From: Methanothrix sp.
GTDB taxonomy: Archaea > Halobacteriota > Methanosarcinia > Methanotrichales > Methanotrichaceae
DNA length: 64,000 bases
Assembly (NCBI GenBank): GCA_963682135.1
Contig: OY821645.1
Location: forward strand, 768,001 to 832,000
Reading direction: 5' to 3'
The notes beneath the pieces are model-generated. The model did not search any database. It was not told the DNA's origin and worked only from the letters and a program-made list of their open reading frames with translations. A program made the position numbers and the translations under genes. Position 1 is the first letter of the stretch. The number at the start of each line of letters is the position of its first letter. Positions 19,253 to 28,729 of this stretch are shown piece by piece.

Positions 19253-19801
19253 CTACTCTCTCGCCATTTCCCTGATTTTGCACATAGTGCGCCAATTGCG
19301 ATCTGTCATCGGCACCCCGAGCACTTTCTCAGCAGTTGCTGCGAGCTTTGATCTACCTACCCCTTCTGGAGCATGAAGATAAAACACGCGCTCAGTTAGA
19401 TGAAACCTTTCGCTTTCCTTCTTGAGGCTGTAGAGTCTCTTTAAATCGGGGCTCAGAGGAGTGAAGGCCAAAAAGCCCAGATGTAAACTGCCGGGCTTAG
19501 TTTCCGCTTCAGGAAACGGGTTTTCCAACATTGCCGTTTCTATTTCATCAAGCCCAAGAATGAGGACGCAGGGTTCAAAACCATGGCGCCTCATGATTTC
19601 TATGGTCAATCGTTCAGAGAGCTGTAGGATGTTATTTTCTTCACTCTGGAAAATTGCATTACCGCTTTGAATGTATGTCTTGATGTTTCGAGCACCAATA
19701 TCTTCCAGAAGGACAACAAGCTCATTCATCGGTAAGATATTTTTTCCTCCGACGTTAATGCCTCTGAAAAGTGCAATATAGGTCTTCATATGATCAATCA
19801 C
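19253..19801 (-). CDS. DUF1697 family protein
   Basis: YIALFRGINVGGKN...TYIQSGN...T.RNWRT. Confidence 0.9.
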   Translation of the reverse strand: MIDHMKTYIALFRGINVGGKNILPMNELVVLLEDIGARNIKTYIQSGNAIFQSEENNILQLSERLTIEIMRRHGFEPCVLILGLDEIETAMLENPFPEAETKPGSLHLGFLAFTPLSPDLKRLYSLKKESERFHLTERVFYLHAPEGVGRSKLAATAEKVLGVPMTDRNWRTMCKIREMARE

Positions 19802-19845
19802 AAAAAAATAAAGAATCCGGATGTGAAGATCCTTTGCTTATGGCT

Positions 19846-21138
19846 TCACTCTTCCGGCTCGTCTCGAAAGATGGTCTGCTCCCTTCCCGGCCCCACAGAT
19901 ACGGCGGAGATGCAGTTATCCAGCACATCAACATAGAGCAGATCCTCCAGCCGCTCAACATAAGCCCGGGCATTGTCCGGCAGATCCTCATACTCTTTGA
20001 CTTCAGTTATGTCCTCAGTCCAGCCTTCCATATCCTCATAAACAGGCTTGCATCTGGCGAAATCCAGTGTGCTCTCCGGGGGATAGCCTATCATCTCTCC
20101 ATCGAGTTCGTAAGCGACGCAAATTTTTAATGGATTAATGCCGGTCAGCACATCGAGCTTGGTCAGAGCCAGCTCGGTATAGCCGTTGAGATGGACGGAC
20201 TTGAGGCCCAAGACAGCGTCAAACCAGCCGCAGCGTCTGGCCCTGCCCGTGGTCGTGCCATATTCCCCGCCTTTTTCTCGCATCATCACACCCAGATCGT
20301 CTTTCAGCTCCGTAGGCATGGGACCTTCTCCGACGCGGGTGATGTAGGCCTTGATCACACCGACCACGTTGTCCACCATTACCGGCCCGACCCCCAGATT
20401 GGCGCAGGCGCTTCCTGCAGTAGTGAAGCTGGAGGTCACGAACTTCTGTGTGCCGTGAATAACATCCAGGAACGCACCCTGAGCGCCTTCGGCCAGAACG
20501 CTCTTCTCCTCGATGAGAGCGACGTTGATCTCACGCGAGACATCCGTGACCTTGTCCTTCAATCGCTTTCCTATCTCCAGATACTCATCGATGTATGGCG
20601 CATATCTTACTACCGTCGGGTCACCGCCCATATCGGCAATGGCTTTCTCCTTGGCCGGCCCGATCTCCTTTAGCTTGGCCTCCAAGAAATCCGGATCCGT
20701 AAGGTCGCCCATCTGCACTTCCTCGCGAGCAATCTTGTCCACATAGGCAAACCCAATGCCTCGGTTAGTGGTGCCGATCTTCTCAGTCCTGGCCTTCTCA
20801 CGCAGGCCATCGAGTTCAATGTGATAGGGCATGATGATGGTCGTCTTGGCATCGATGCCAATATCGACCTTGATGCCTTCTGATTCCAGCGCCTGGATCT
20901 CGCTCCACAGAACGCGAGGGTTGAGGACTACGCCCGGACCTATGAGCAGCCTTCTGCCAAAGATTGCGCCGCTTGGTACCAGATGCAGCTTGTACTTCTT
21001 TCCGCAGACAACCACGGTATGGCCGGCGTTGTCGCCGCCCTGGAAGCGAACCACAACATCGTAATTCTCGGCCAGCAGATCAATAACCTTGCCTTTGCCT
21101 TCATCACCAAACTGTGCACCGGTGAGTATCGTAAACAT
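19846..21138 (-). CDS. purA: Adenylosuccinate synthetase
   Basis: GAQFGDEGKGK, GGDNAGHT, IGTT.RGIG, EGAQG, GTTTGRARRCGWFD. Confidence 0.97.
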   Translation of the reverse strand: MFTILTGAQFGDEGKGKVIDLLAENYDVVVRFQGGDNAGHTVVVCGKKYKLHLVPSGAIFGRRLLIGPGVVLNPRVLWSEIQALESEGIKVDIGIDAKTTIIMPYHIELDGLREKARTEKIGTTNRGIGFAYVDKIAREEVQMGDLTDPDFLEAKLKEIGPAKEKAIADMGGDPTVVRYAPYIDEYLEIGKRLKDKVTDVSREINVALIEEKSVLAEGAQGAFLDVIHGTQKFVTSSFTTAGSACANLGVGPVMVDNVVGVIKAYITRVGEGPMPTELKDDLGVMMREKGGEYGTTTGRARRCGWFDAVLGLKSVHLNGYTELALTKLDVLTGINPLKICVAYELDGEMIGYPPESTLDFARCKPVYEDMEGWTEDITEVKEYEDLPDNARAYVERLEDLLYVDVLDNCISAVSVGPGREQTIFRDEPEE

Positions 21139-21148
21139 AAAACTTAAT

Positions 21149-22042
21149 TTAACGACCACGTAGATAACAATTTTGATGCACATGGCTTGCGATCGCTGCC
21201 GTCACATCCACGCCCAGGGCCTCAAAGATGCCTTTTCCGGAAGGCGTTCCATTCACCTCAATGACGGAGAGGCCGCTTTTCGTCTCCAGGAGATCCACGC
21301 CGCAGTAGACGGCGCCTACTGCATTTGCCGCCTCTGCCGCCAATTGTTTAAGCTCCTTGCTGAGAGGGCAGAGGGCTGCCCGGCCGCCCCGGGCCAGGTT
21401 GCTGATCCACTGGCCGGGAGGAGCTACGCGATAGATAGCGCCCAGAACTCTTCCGTCCACCACGAAGGCGCGGATGTCGCGCGGAGTCTCGAGGGCGATG
21501 AACTCCTGCAGGTAGACCAGACCCTGGCTTTCCACGATGCTCTTCAGCCGGGCAAGGTCAGCCTCTACTTCATCCTCTAGAAGAATGATGTCTCGGCCTT
21601 TGTAGCCAAAGAGGGGCTTGGAGACTGCTTTCTTGAAATCCTGCAAGGCTTTTTCTGCCTCTTCCAGGTTGGTAGTAACCACAGTTCTGGGAGTGGCAAC
21701 TCCTGCTTCCTGCAAAGCCCGGGAGGTTGCGAACTTGTTGGCAGCTCTGGCGATGGCCTGGGGGGGATTGATGATAGCGATTCCTCTCTCTTGCAGGGCC
21801 TGCAAGACCTCAAAGCGGAAGGCGACATCGCTCGGCCCCCTCCGGCCCAGGTCCCGCACGACCAGGGCATCCAGATCCAGGAGATCGACTCCGGCGCAGC
21901 GGAAGGATTGGCCACCTGCGATGTTGACCAAGAGGTCTGAGAAGCTCAGGAAGAATGCGTCTATCCCTTTTGCCAAGAAGGAGGCGAGGAGAGCCTGGGC
22001 GGTCCAATCCTGGGGATCGGAGACAACGATTGCAGCGCGCAT
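21149..22042 (-). CDS. mptN: RimK-family ATP-grasp ligase (probable tetrahydromethanopterin:alpha-L-glutamate ligase)
   Basis: KPLFGYKG, YLQEFI, RDIRAFVV, WISNLARGG, GVDLLE, EVNGTP. Confidence 0.75.
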   Translation of the reverse strand: MRAAIVVSDPQDWTAQALLASFLAKGIDAFFLSFSDLLVNIAGGQSFRCAGVDLLDLDALVVRDLGRRGPSDVAFRFEVLQALQERGIAIINPPQAIARAANKFATSRALQEAGVATPRTVVTTNLEEAEKALQDFKKAVSKPLFGYKGRDIILLEDEVEADLARLKSIVESQGLVYLQEFIALETPRDIRAFVVDGRVLGAIYRVAPPGQWISNLARGGRAALCPLSKELKQLAAEAANAVGAVYCGVDLLETKSGLSVIEVNGTPSGKGIFEALGVDVTAAIASHVHQNCYLRGR

Positions 22043-22080
22043 GAGCGAGAAGATTGGCGAGAGAGTATATCACGATTGCC

Positions 22081-22938
22081 TTAGGTTGATGCTATATAGG
22101 CAACCATCTCTCCCAAGGCAGCATCACAGCTTTTTGCCATTGAGGCGATATAGTAATCCAGCCAGGACGTAAGGTCGGCATCAGCTCGCCCCTCGTAGTA
22201 GTCGATATTTTCATGCAGATTGAGAGCCCGGTAGTAGCTATCAAGATCTTCTGCGTACTGCTCCTCTGGGGTGAGGAAGCCGGCCAGACTGTAGCCGTCC
22301 CTTTGCAGAATGAAGTCGGCACACAGGCAGGCGGCTACGCCGTTGCCATTGTTGAAAGGATGAAGGGTGGCAAGCTGATAGTGAACAAGACCGGCGATGA
22401 CGGGGACTGCCAGTTCGCTGCTTCTGGCATCTTCCGTCCAGATCTCCAGAGACGCGATCAACTCAGGCAGATCCTCTGGCCGGGGAGGAAGATAGACAGC
22501 TTCCCCGATGAGAGAGAATTTTGCAGCGATTTTCCTTTTGCGCAGAGGAGTGGGACGGGAGGATTTGCCGGTCATGGCCAATCTATGAAAGCGACTGATA
22601 AGGGTCTCGGTGAGCGGCAGACTCATCTTGGACCATTCCTCTGACTTCTGGAGAGCTTTGCAGTAATTTCGCACCATTGCAACATCATTTTCCAAGCCTT
22701 TGATCTCAACAGTCTCATCGGCAATCACAGTAGATGCCTGTTCAATAGTGAGAGATCCGCCTCCAATCAAGGAGGAAGCGCGGGAAGCCAGCACATGGGC
22801 GCGATCATGTAGCATTGCATATCCTTGGAGCGGTAGGATAACGGTCTCCACCAAGATGCGCGCCATCTCAATGCGTGTCAGGTTGTGGGAGATGGCGGGA
22901 GTTAGGGTGAAACGCGGGGACCAAATGGGGATTGTCAT
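22081..22938 (-). CDS. Fic-domain protein with degenerate active-site motif
   Basis: HYQLATLHPFNNGNGVAAC (canonical HPFxDGNGRxxR); YY.AL...ADLTSWL.Y. Confidence 0.85.
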   Translation of the reverse strand: MTIPIWSPRFTLTPAISHNLTRIEMARILVETVILPLQGYAMLHDRAHVLASRASSLIGGGSLTIEQASTVIADETVEIKGLENDVAMVRNYCKALQKSEEWSKMSLPLTETLISRFHRLAMTGKSSRPTPLRKRKIAAKFSLIGEAVYLPPRPEDLPELIASLEIWTEDARSSELAVPVIAGLVHYQLATLHPFNNGNGVAACLCADFILQRDGYSLAGFLTPEEQYAEDLDSYYRALNLHENIDYYEGRADADLTSWLDYYIASMAKSCDAALGEMVAYIAST

Positions 22939-23119
22939 TTCGAATGCTCCTTATGCCTTGATTTTTGAAAGACAAATGTTTTAAAATAGATAAAGATATC
23001 TTTTGATTGATTTACAGCAAAATTTAAGGCATTTGTAGATTGCGAAGACATCTAGCGATGCGAGCGAAACGAAAGAGAAGAGCGGTCCTGCCGCCCACAG
23101 TCCTTGAGAAGCCACTAGG

Positions 23120-23803
23120 CTACAGCTCATCTAGAGATCGTTTGAACCAAATCGATGTAAGGCTTAAAGAACTAAAAAGAATGATTGCATTTGCTACGAC
23201 ATCAATCAAAACAATGATTGTAGGCAATGGGTAGAGTGGATTGGTAAAAATGATGGATCCGGTGAGTCCCGAAAACAGAAATGACCGGCTTATCCATTTA
23301 GAAAGCCTGTCTCCGGAAAAGAGCCTCGATGCAGAGATAAGAGACAGACACATAAATAAATAGCCAATACCTTCCAATGCCCCCGGAAAGGAATTGGGAT
23401 ACGGTTGAGCAAAAATCCATAAAGTCAGTCCGTCGGTGGAGTGACGAACGAGATTGTGCACGACAACAACTGCTTGAATGTAATAAAGGGCACTAATAAT
23501 AATAGCATATGCAATGGCAAATACGACCGCAAGCAAGCTCCATATTTTTTTCTCCTCTGAAGTAGATGCATGAAGACATACAATCATCGTCAAAAAGCAA
23601 ATTGTCAGCAAAAAGCAAGGTATTATCCAGGCAATGAATGGCTCAACTCTAAAATTGTCCACATAGGCTTGCATACCATGCCAGGGTGCATATAGTATCG
23701 GCTGATATAGTCCAAAAGCAATGGAAAACCATAATTCTGTTACGGCAGCTAAAACAGCTGACCAGAATCCAAGTTGTTGCACTATTTTATTATTTATTAT
23801 CAT
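23120..23803 (-). CDS. Integral membrane protein (about 6 TM)
   Basis: Strongly hydrophobic ORF; start set at MIINNK (23803). Confidence 0.75.
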   Translation of the reverse strand: MIINNKIVQQLGFWSAVLAAVTELWFSIAFGLYQPILYAPWHGMQAYVDNFRVEPFIAWIIPCFLLTICFLTMIVCLHASTSEEKKIWSLLAVVFAIAYAIIISALYYIQAVVVVHNLVRHSTDGLTLWIFAQPYPNSFPGALEGIGYLFMCLSLISASRLFSGDRLSKWISRSFLFSGLTGSIIFTNPLYPLPTIIVLIDVVANAIILFSSLSLTSIWFKRSLDEL

Positions 23804-23957
23804 GGTGTAGAATCTGCGTTTACTCGTTAATAGAGTTGGCGCCAACTGCCCGGCAATAGAATGCAACGGCAATCTCTCTCATGACAAAAAGGTTTGCGGT
23901 GATCTCTTGCTGGATCTAGGAGTGCACGATCTCTGACCCATATATTTAAGCCTCGAA

Positions 23958-24521
23958 ATGAATATCTCAATACGCAGATCAAGAGAATCAGGAGATAGAT
24001 GCATGAAAAAATCCTCAATCGATAGGCCAATGGAAGACGGCAGTACGATGCAGTTGGAATTTAGGAAGGCTGTCAAGGAGGATGTTCCCAAACTGATCAC
24101 ATTCCTCAAGGAGACTATTATGGAGGTCTATGGTCAGATCTTGTCCAGGGAGATTTTGCAGCCCTGGGTCGAAGGTGACAGGCTTGGTAGCGAAGTCAAC
24201 CAGCTATTGCCAAATATGATCGTTGCAGAAAAAACGGGCGAGATTTTGGCAGTTGCCGCCAATCTTGACGAGAAGGTAGCTTTTCTTTGGGTCCATCCAG
24301 ACCACCATCGCAAAGGCATAGGAAGCGTTCTGCTGGATATTGTTGAGACGGAGATAGAGAAATCTGGATACGAGATTGCAAAGCTGGAATGTTTCAGCGA
24401 TAACGACCAGGCTATGGGATTTTACCTGGCCAACGGCTGGAAGCTCCTTTGCGAAGAGATGGACAAAGAGGCATGCGCCTTGAAGATGGTTATGGAAAAG
24501 CCACTGACGAAGAAAAGCTAG
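23958..24521 (+). CDS. GNAT family N-acetyltransferase
   Basis: LWVHPDHHRKGIGS and N.QAMGFY..NGW; real start probably MQLEFRKA. Confidence 0.88.
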   Translation: MNISIRRSRESGDRCMKKSSIDRPMEDGSTMQLEFRKAVKEDVPKLITFLKETIMEVYGQILSREILQPWVEGDRLGSEVNQLLPNMIVAEKTGEILAVAANLDEKVAFLWVHPDHHRKGIGSVLLDIVETEIEKSGYEIAKLECFSDNDQAMGFYLANGWKLLCEEMDKEACALKMVMEKPLTKKS

Positions 24522-24601
24522 GTAATACCTCGATTCGGAAAATGGCGGGCAGGCAAGACGAAGCGAAACTTTGAAGTCATGTCAAAATATATGCGAAGCA
24601 A

Positions 24602-25453
24602 ATGAACCACAATAGTTCGCCGACAATCATGAAAAAAGTGGCAATTGCGAATGTTTGGTTGTGGTTATCTGTGTTCGTCTCAATTCTGGTAACAATAACC
24701 AGCTTATCAGGGATATTTCTTAAGAGAACATACTCCCGAGAGACTGAAGCATGGGCAGTTCAAGCCATCGGCCAGGATTATGCCAATCTGATAGTTGTTA
24801 TACTCTTACTGGTTAGCACTTACTATGTCTCGAAAAATTCACTGAGGGCATATCTTATCTGGTTAGGTGCTTATATTTATATTATCTATGCATTCGCTAT
24901 TTATGCTTTCGCAGTTCACTTTAACTTTCTTTTTTTAATATATACTATAATTTTAGGAGTGTCGTTTTACACTCTGGTTGGGGGATTGAGGGCGGTCGAT
25001 ACAAAAAATCTGTCAGCATCTTTTCTCACAAATACAAAGTCAAAGATAGTGAGCGCGCTGCTGATGATTATTGGAATTTCGTTTGGCTTATTATGGCTGA
25101 GCGAAATAGTCCCCAGTCTTCTATCAAACGAAATACCTCCCAGCCTCGTTGAAACCGGATTGGGGGTAAATCCGGTCCATGTATTGGATCTGGCCTTTGT
25201 ATTGCCCGGCATGATTATTACATCAGCATTGCTCTGGAAGAGAAATATGATGGGATTTCTCCTGGCTGTACCATTTATGGTCTTTTCAGTGACTATGGGT
25301 GCGGGAATAATTATCATGTTCGCCATTTCTGCCATAAAGGGTATGCCAAGCTCCTTGCCCGCAGGGATGATTATTGGTTTAATAATGCTATTGAGTGTGT
25401 ATTTTTCATATCTATTTTTAAGAGAAGTGAATGAATATGATTATGACTATTGA
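24602..25453 (+). CDS. Integral membrane protein (about 8 TM)
   Basis: Hydrophobic, low GC; GQD, IWLG, NPVHVLDLAF motifs. Confidence 0.8.
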   Translation: MNHNSSPTIMKKVAIANVWLWLSVFVSILVTITSLSGIFLKRTYSRETEAWAVQAIGQDYANLIVVILLLVSTYYVSKNSLRAYLIWLGAYIYIIYAFAIYAFAVHFNFLFLIYTIILGVSFYTLVGGLRAVDTKNLSASFLTNTKSKIVSALLMIIGISFGLLWLSEIVPSLLSNEIPPSLVETGLGVNPVHVLDLAFVLPGMIITSALLWKRNMMGFLLAVPFMVFSVTMGAGIIIMFAISAIKGMPSSLPAGMIIGLIMLLSVYFSYLFLREVNEYDYDY

Positions 25454-26276
25454 AAAGTATCGTCATCCAATCCTCTTCTACGGATTGTCCACAGCAATTC
25501 CGTGGGCGTTTTGGTTCGCGGCTGCGTACTTGAGCCACATCACACCCATGAACCAGTTTTTGGCGACAGCGGTAGGCGTTCTGGGCGTTGTTGGGCTGTT
25601 TGGTCCTACTTTGATAGCATTCTGGATGATCTGGCCGGACGCTGACTTAAGGGACGATCTCAAGAGACGGTTGATCGGTCTCAAAGGCGTCAGGCCGATC
25701 TATCTCTTTCTTACCTGTTTCCTCATGCTTGCCAGCATTCTTATGGCACAAGGGATTTCCTTATTGTTCGGGTACAGCGCGGATCAGTTCAGTCTTTCGG
25801 GCATGTCGTCGTTCTCTGCCGGAATCTTCCCAGGGTGGTTCCTGCTCTTTCTCGCACCCCTGGTAGAAGAATTGGCGTGGCACTCCTATGGCACCGACTG
25901 TCTGCGACAACGGATGAACCTGCTCAAGGCTTCCCTGCTGTTCGGTGTGTTCTGGGCTCTTTGGCATCTGCCGCTATCCTTCATCAAGGATTACTACCAC
26001 AGCAACGTGGCTGAGATAGGGCTGCTGTACAGCCTCAATTTCGCGTTCAGCCTTATTCCCTATGTAATTCTTATGAACTGGCTGTACTACAAGACGCATC
26101 GCAGCATACTTGTTGCTATTGTCTTTCACATCACAGCAGGGTACTTCAATGAAGCATTCGCCACGCATCCGGATAGTAAGGTGATCCAGACCGGACTCTT
26201 GCTGCTGCTGGCGATCGTGGTGATCATCAAAGAAAAGGACTTATTCTTGCAGCGAGACTACCGGGAGGAGAAATAG
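25431..26276 (+). CDS. CPBP/Abi (CAAX protease-like) intramembrane metalloprotease
   Basis: EELAW..Y, FWALWHLPL, AIVFH..AGYFNE. Confidence 0.9.
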   Translation: MNMIMTIEKYRHPILFYGLSTAIPWAFWFAAAYLSHITPMNQFLATAVGVLGVVGLFGPTLIAFWMIWPDADLRDDLKRRLIGLKGVRPIYLFLTCFLMLASILMAQGISLLFGYSADQFSLSGMSSFSAGIFPGWFLLFLAPLVEELAWHSYGTDCLRQRMNLLKASLLFGVFWALWHLPLSFIKDYYHSNVAEIGLLYSLNFAFSLIPYVILMNWLYYKTHRSILVAIVFHITAGYFNEAFATHPDSKVIQTGLLLLLAIVVIIKEKDLFLQRDYREEK

Positions 26277-26291
26277 AATCTGCGCAATTTG

Positions 26292-26483
26292 CCTAAACCC
26301 ATACCCCACACCATTCTCTGTCGGCCTTCCCCTGTCCGTCTCTCTCCGGCGGAGGAAAGCATGCCACGAAATGTTCCGCCCGTCCAAGCTCGTGCCGGCT
26401 ACAGTCTCCACCTTCACCGGCCTGGGAAAGCCCGCTTGCTCCAAAAGCCGCAGGAGGTCGTGCTCAAGGCACCCGATCTGCAG
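26292..26483 (-). pseudogene. csb2: Remnant of type I-G (I-U) CRISPR protein Csb2, C-terminal region
   Basis: LQIGCLEHDLLRLLEQAGFPRPVKVE...ISWHAFLRRR...GVGYGFR resembles the Csb2 C-terminus as I recall it; lacks the N-terminus and the terminal Gly-rich loop. Confidence 0.6.
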
Positions 26484-26504
26484 GCAGCGTCACATCCACA
26501 ATCT
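26477..26504 (-). repeat. 28-bp fragment of the csx3 3' end (relic F)
   Basis: tctgcaggcagcgtcacatccacaatct, identical to 29332-29359 and to the copy starting at 28108. Confidence 0.85.
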
Positions 26505-26515
26505 AATACCTAAGG

Positions 26516-26740
26516 CTAGTCCGCTGAGAACCACTCCTCTCTGCTTATGCCTCCATCTCGTAATATTTTTACCAATAGGTCCAATCCAATCTCTTCGCCA
26601 TGGTGAGGATTGGGGATAATGATAGTATCGATTCCACGGACCATATATTGATGCCTCTTGCCTTGAAATGGTCCCACTGCCCCCAGTCTGATAAGTCGCT
26701 TTATCAACTCTCGTCTCGTCACAGGAGAGAGCTTATGCAA
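26516..26740 (-). CDS. hicA: HicA family mRNA interferase toxin
   Basis: RELIKRL..LG...QGKRHQYM......IPNPH..EIG..L...IL. Confidence 0.88.
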   Translation of the reverse strand: MHKLSPVTRRELIKRLIRLGAVGPFQGKRHQYMVRGIDTIIIPNPHHGEEIGLDLLVKILRDGGISREEWFSAD

Positions 26741-26990
26741 CCTGTATCGGCTCCTTAACGGATGTGGAGATGGTCAGACCACCCATAGGCGGTACGCTTT
26801 GCCCCCATTGAAGTTTGGCCACAATCCATTCCTCAATGACTTCTATCAGCTCTTTCCTGCATTCTTCAAAGGTCTTGCCTGTAGCCCAGACGCCCACGAG
26901 GCCGGGCACGTGAGCATAATACGGATCAGGGTTATCGATTATCTCGTATTCGGCCCTTTCAAGAGCTGCCTGGATGTATTCTGCGAACAT
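26733..26990 (-). CDS. hicB: HicB family antitoxin
   Basis: YYAHVPGLVGVWATGKTFEECRKEL.EVIEEW. Confidence 0.88.
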   Translation of the reverse strand: MFAEYIQAALERAEYEIIDNPDPYYAHVPGLVGVWATGKTFEECRKELIEVIEEWIVAKLQWGQSVPPMGGLTISTSVKEPIQVA

Positions 26991-27029
26991 GCAATTTGTT
27001 TATAGGCTGCACAAGGAGAAAAAGATAGC

Positions 27030-27240
27030 GGACAGGGATGTTCACATCGACCACCTTGCCCCGGCGAAGGGCTGTGGCTGGCCACCACTCCCGTCCCCAG
27101 GCGCGGATCGGCTACCCAGGCCTCAGCCCGGCGAGCCGTGCAGCTGTTCATCGCCGTAGCGCCCGATGGGAGCGCGGCCCTCCACTATGACGAGCGAGCC
27201 GCGGGGTATCTCGGGCAGCGCCCAAGTGGCAGAGGTAATG
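27030..27240 (-). pseudogene. csx3: Degenerate csx3 copy (relic E)
   Basis: Frameshifted pieces LPEIPRGSLVIVEGRAPIGRYG...LHGS, DPRLGTGVVASHS, VVDVNIP. Confidence 0.8.
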
Positions 27241-27273
27241 GAAAGAGATATTAGAATCAATTTGAGATGGTTT

Positions 27274-27489
27274 CTAAGCTAGACTTGCTGCAAGGCTTCG
27301 CTTCAGTGGAACCGGTATAGCCCTGCCCATATCTCTTGCAGCTTCTAGCCAAAGCTGCATGGCTATTTTGACCTCCCGAAGGGCTCTCTCTTCAGTCTCG
27401 CCGAAGGCTGAACAGCCGGGAAGCTCCGGAACAATAGCGATAAATCCCTCATCGTCCTCACTATAAAAGATCTCAATTGCGTACATCAA
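27274..27489 (-). CDS. hicB: HicB family antitoxin
   Basis: YAIEIFYSEDDEGFIAIVPELPGCSAFGET.E.A..E...A..LWLE. Confidence 0.9.
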   Translation of the reverse strand: MMYAIEIFYSEDDEGFIAIVPELPGCSAFGETEERALREVKIAMQLWLEAARDMGRAIPVPLKRSLAASLA

Positions 27490-27758
27490 TCCTCTTGGAG
27501 GTTATATCTCTCAATTACTTTAATAAACTGCCGGACCTGATAAGCCTTTGCCCATCCACCTTCGTTTTGGAAGTTCAATATCTCCTGTATTCCTTCTCGA
27601 AAGTAGACTCGATGGCTCCCAGTCCCTTTCCTGGTCTGAAAACCCAAAGCCTCAGCTATTTTGCACAATCTTGCGAAACGGATTTTCTTGGGATTGGCTT
27701 TAATCTCTTCAAGCAATTCTTGTCTGTTCATTTTTTGCTTCGCATCACATATGGGCAC
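27486..27758 (-). CDS. hicA: HicA-like toxin
   Basis: NPKKIRF..L......GF....G.GSHRVY......LNFQ..G.AK.YQVRQ. Confidence 0.85.
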   Translation of the reverse strand: MPICDAKQKMNRQELLEEIKANPKKIRFARLCKIAEALGFQTRKGTGSHRVYFREGIQEILNFQNEGGWAKAYQVRQFIKVIERYNLQED

Positions 27759-27763
27759 GCACT

Positions 27764-28023
27764 CTAACGATCAACAGGGATTGTAACATCCACTACCTGG
27801 CCCACCTGCCACTCCTGGCTGTGGGTTGCGACAACCACAGCTCCGAGGCGCGGATCGGCTCCCCTAGCCGCAGCGGACGAGGCGTGGAGGCGGTGCAAGG
27901 CCGCGGTGCGGGAGCGCGGCCCTCCACGATGACGAGCGAGCCGCGGTGGATGTCGGGCAGCGCCCAAGGGGCGGGGGTGATAGGGGAGAGGGCGGCGAAA
28001 GGAGTAGATATTGGGCTGTTCAC
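27764..28023 (-). pseudogene. csx3: Degenerate csx3 copy (relic D)
   Basis: SPITP...LPDIHRGSLVIVEGRAP, then a frameshift, then ALHRLHAS...DPRLGAVVVATHSQEWQVGQVVDVTIP. Confidence 0.85.
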
Positions 28024-28100
28024 CAGTTTTTATAAATTCTTTAATATTCCCCCGTCGGGCCATAGCTGCCTGGCTCAGCCTCAAATCATCCCTGGCTCAT

Positions 28101-28340
28101 CTACTTCTCTGCAGGCAGCGTCACATCCACAATCTGGCCCACCTGCCACTCCCGGCTGTGGGTTGCCACCACCACCGCTCCCAGGCGCGGATCGACTGCC
28201 CTAGCCGCAGCGGGCGAGCCGTGCTAGCCGGGTGCAGGGCCGCGGTGCGGGGGCGCGGCCCTCCACGATCACGAGCGAGCCGCGGGGGATCCCCGGGAGC
28301 GGGGGCAGGGCTGCGACCCGGCAAGGAGACGGCGATGGGA
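28101..28340 (-). pseudogene. csx3: Degenerate csx3 copy (relic C)
   Basis: 3' end nearly identical to intact csx3 (...DPRLGAVVVATHSREWQVGQIVDVTLPAEK*); indels in the middle. Confidence 0.85.
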
Positions 28341-28370
28341 AAATGATGAGAGAGGTCAATTGAGAGAACT

Positions 28371-28448
28371 TCACGCTGCATCCTTTATCTTCAGCTCGAC
28401 CTCTCTGGCCGCAATGGGCTTTGCAGGAAGCTTTCCTTCAGGGAAGTC
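28371..28448 (-). pseudogene. C-terminal remnant of a second YgiT-type antitoxin
   Basis: DFPEGKLPAKPIAAREVELKIKDAA* parallels GTLLAKPLAAGEVDL of the adjacent intact gene; no start codon. Confidence 0.65.
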
Positions 28449-28462
28449 ACATCACCGTCTTC

Positions 28463-28729
28463 TCAAACACTTGCTTGGCAAGCCGGAGCATTCAGATCAA
28501 CCTCTCCGGCAGCGAGCGGCTTGGCCAGAAGTGTTCCTGCATGCAACGCCTTGCGAACCTCGTCGATCTTCCTAGCGGTCTCTAACGAATAGTAGGCTTC
28601 GTCACAATTCTCGCAAACGAAAGCCGGAATGTTTTTGATTACTACTACCATATTATTTATCTTGGCTGTGATCTCCGTTGTACCTTCGTGAAGCTTGCCG
28701 CTGCAATACTGACATTCATCTGGAATCAT
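28463..28729 (-). CDS. YgiT-type zinc finger (MqsA-like) antitoxin
   Basis: CQYC.G....G..........VVIKNIPAFVCENCDEAYY. Confidence 0.9.
   Translation of the reverse strand: MIPDECQYCSGKLHEGTTEITAKINNMVVVIKNIPAFVCENCDEAYYSLETARKIDEVRKALHAGTLLAKPLAAGEVDLNAPACQASV

Noticed and set aside
23040-26280. Integron-like cassette array (GNAT, membrane proteins, CPBP); also GCCTAAC at 53941
   Set aside because: No integrase in the window and no convincing paired attC structure; genes are in mixed orientation
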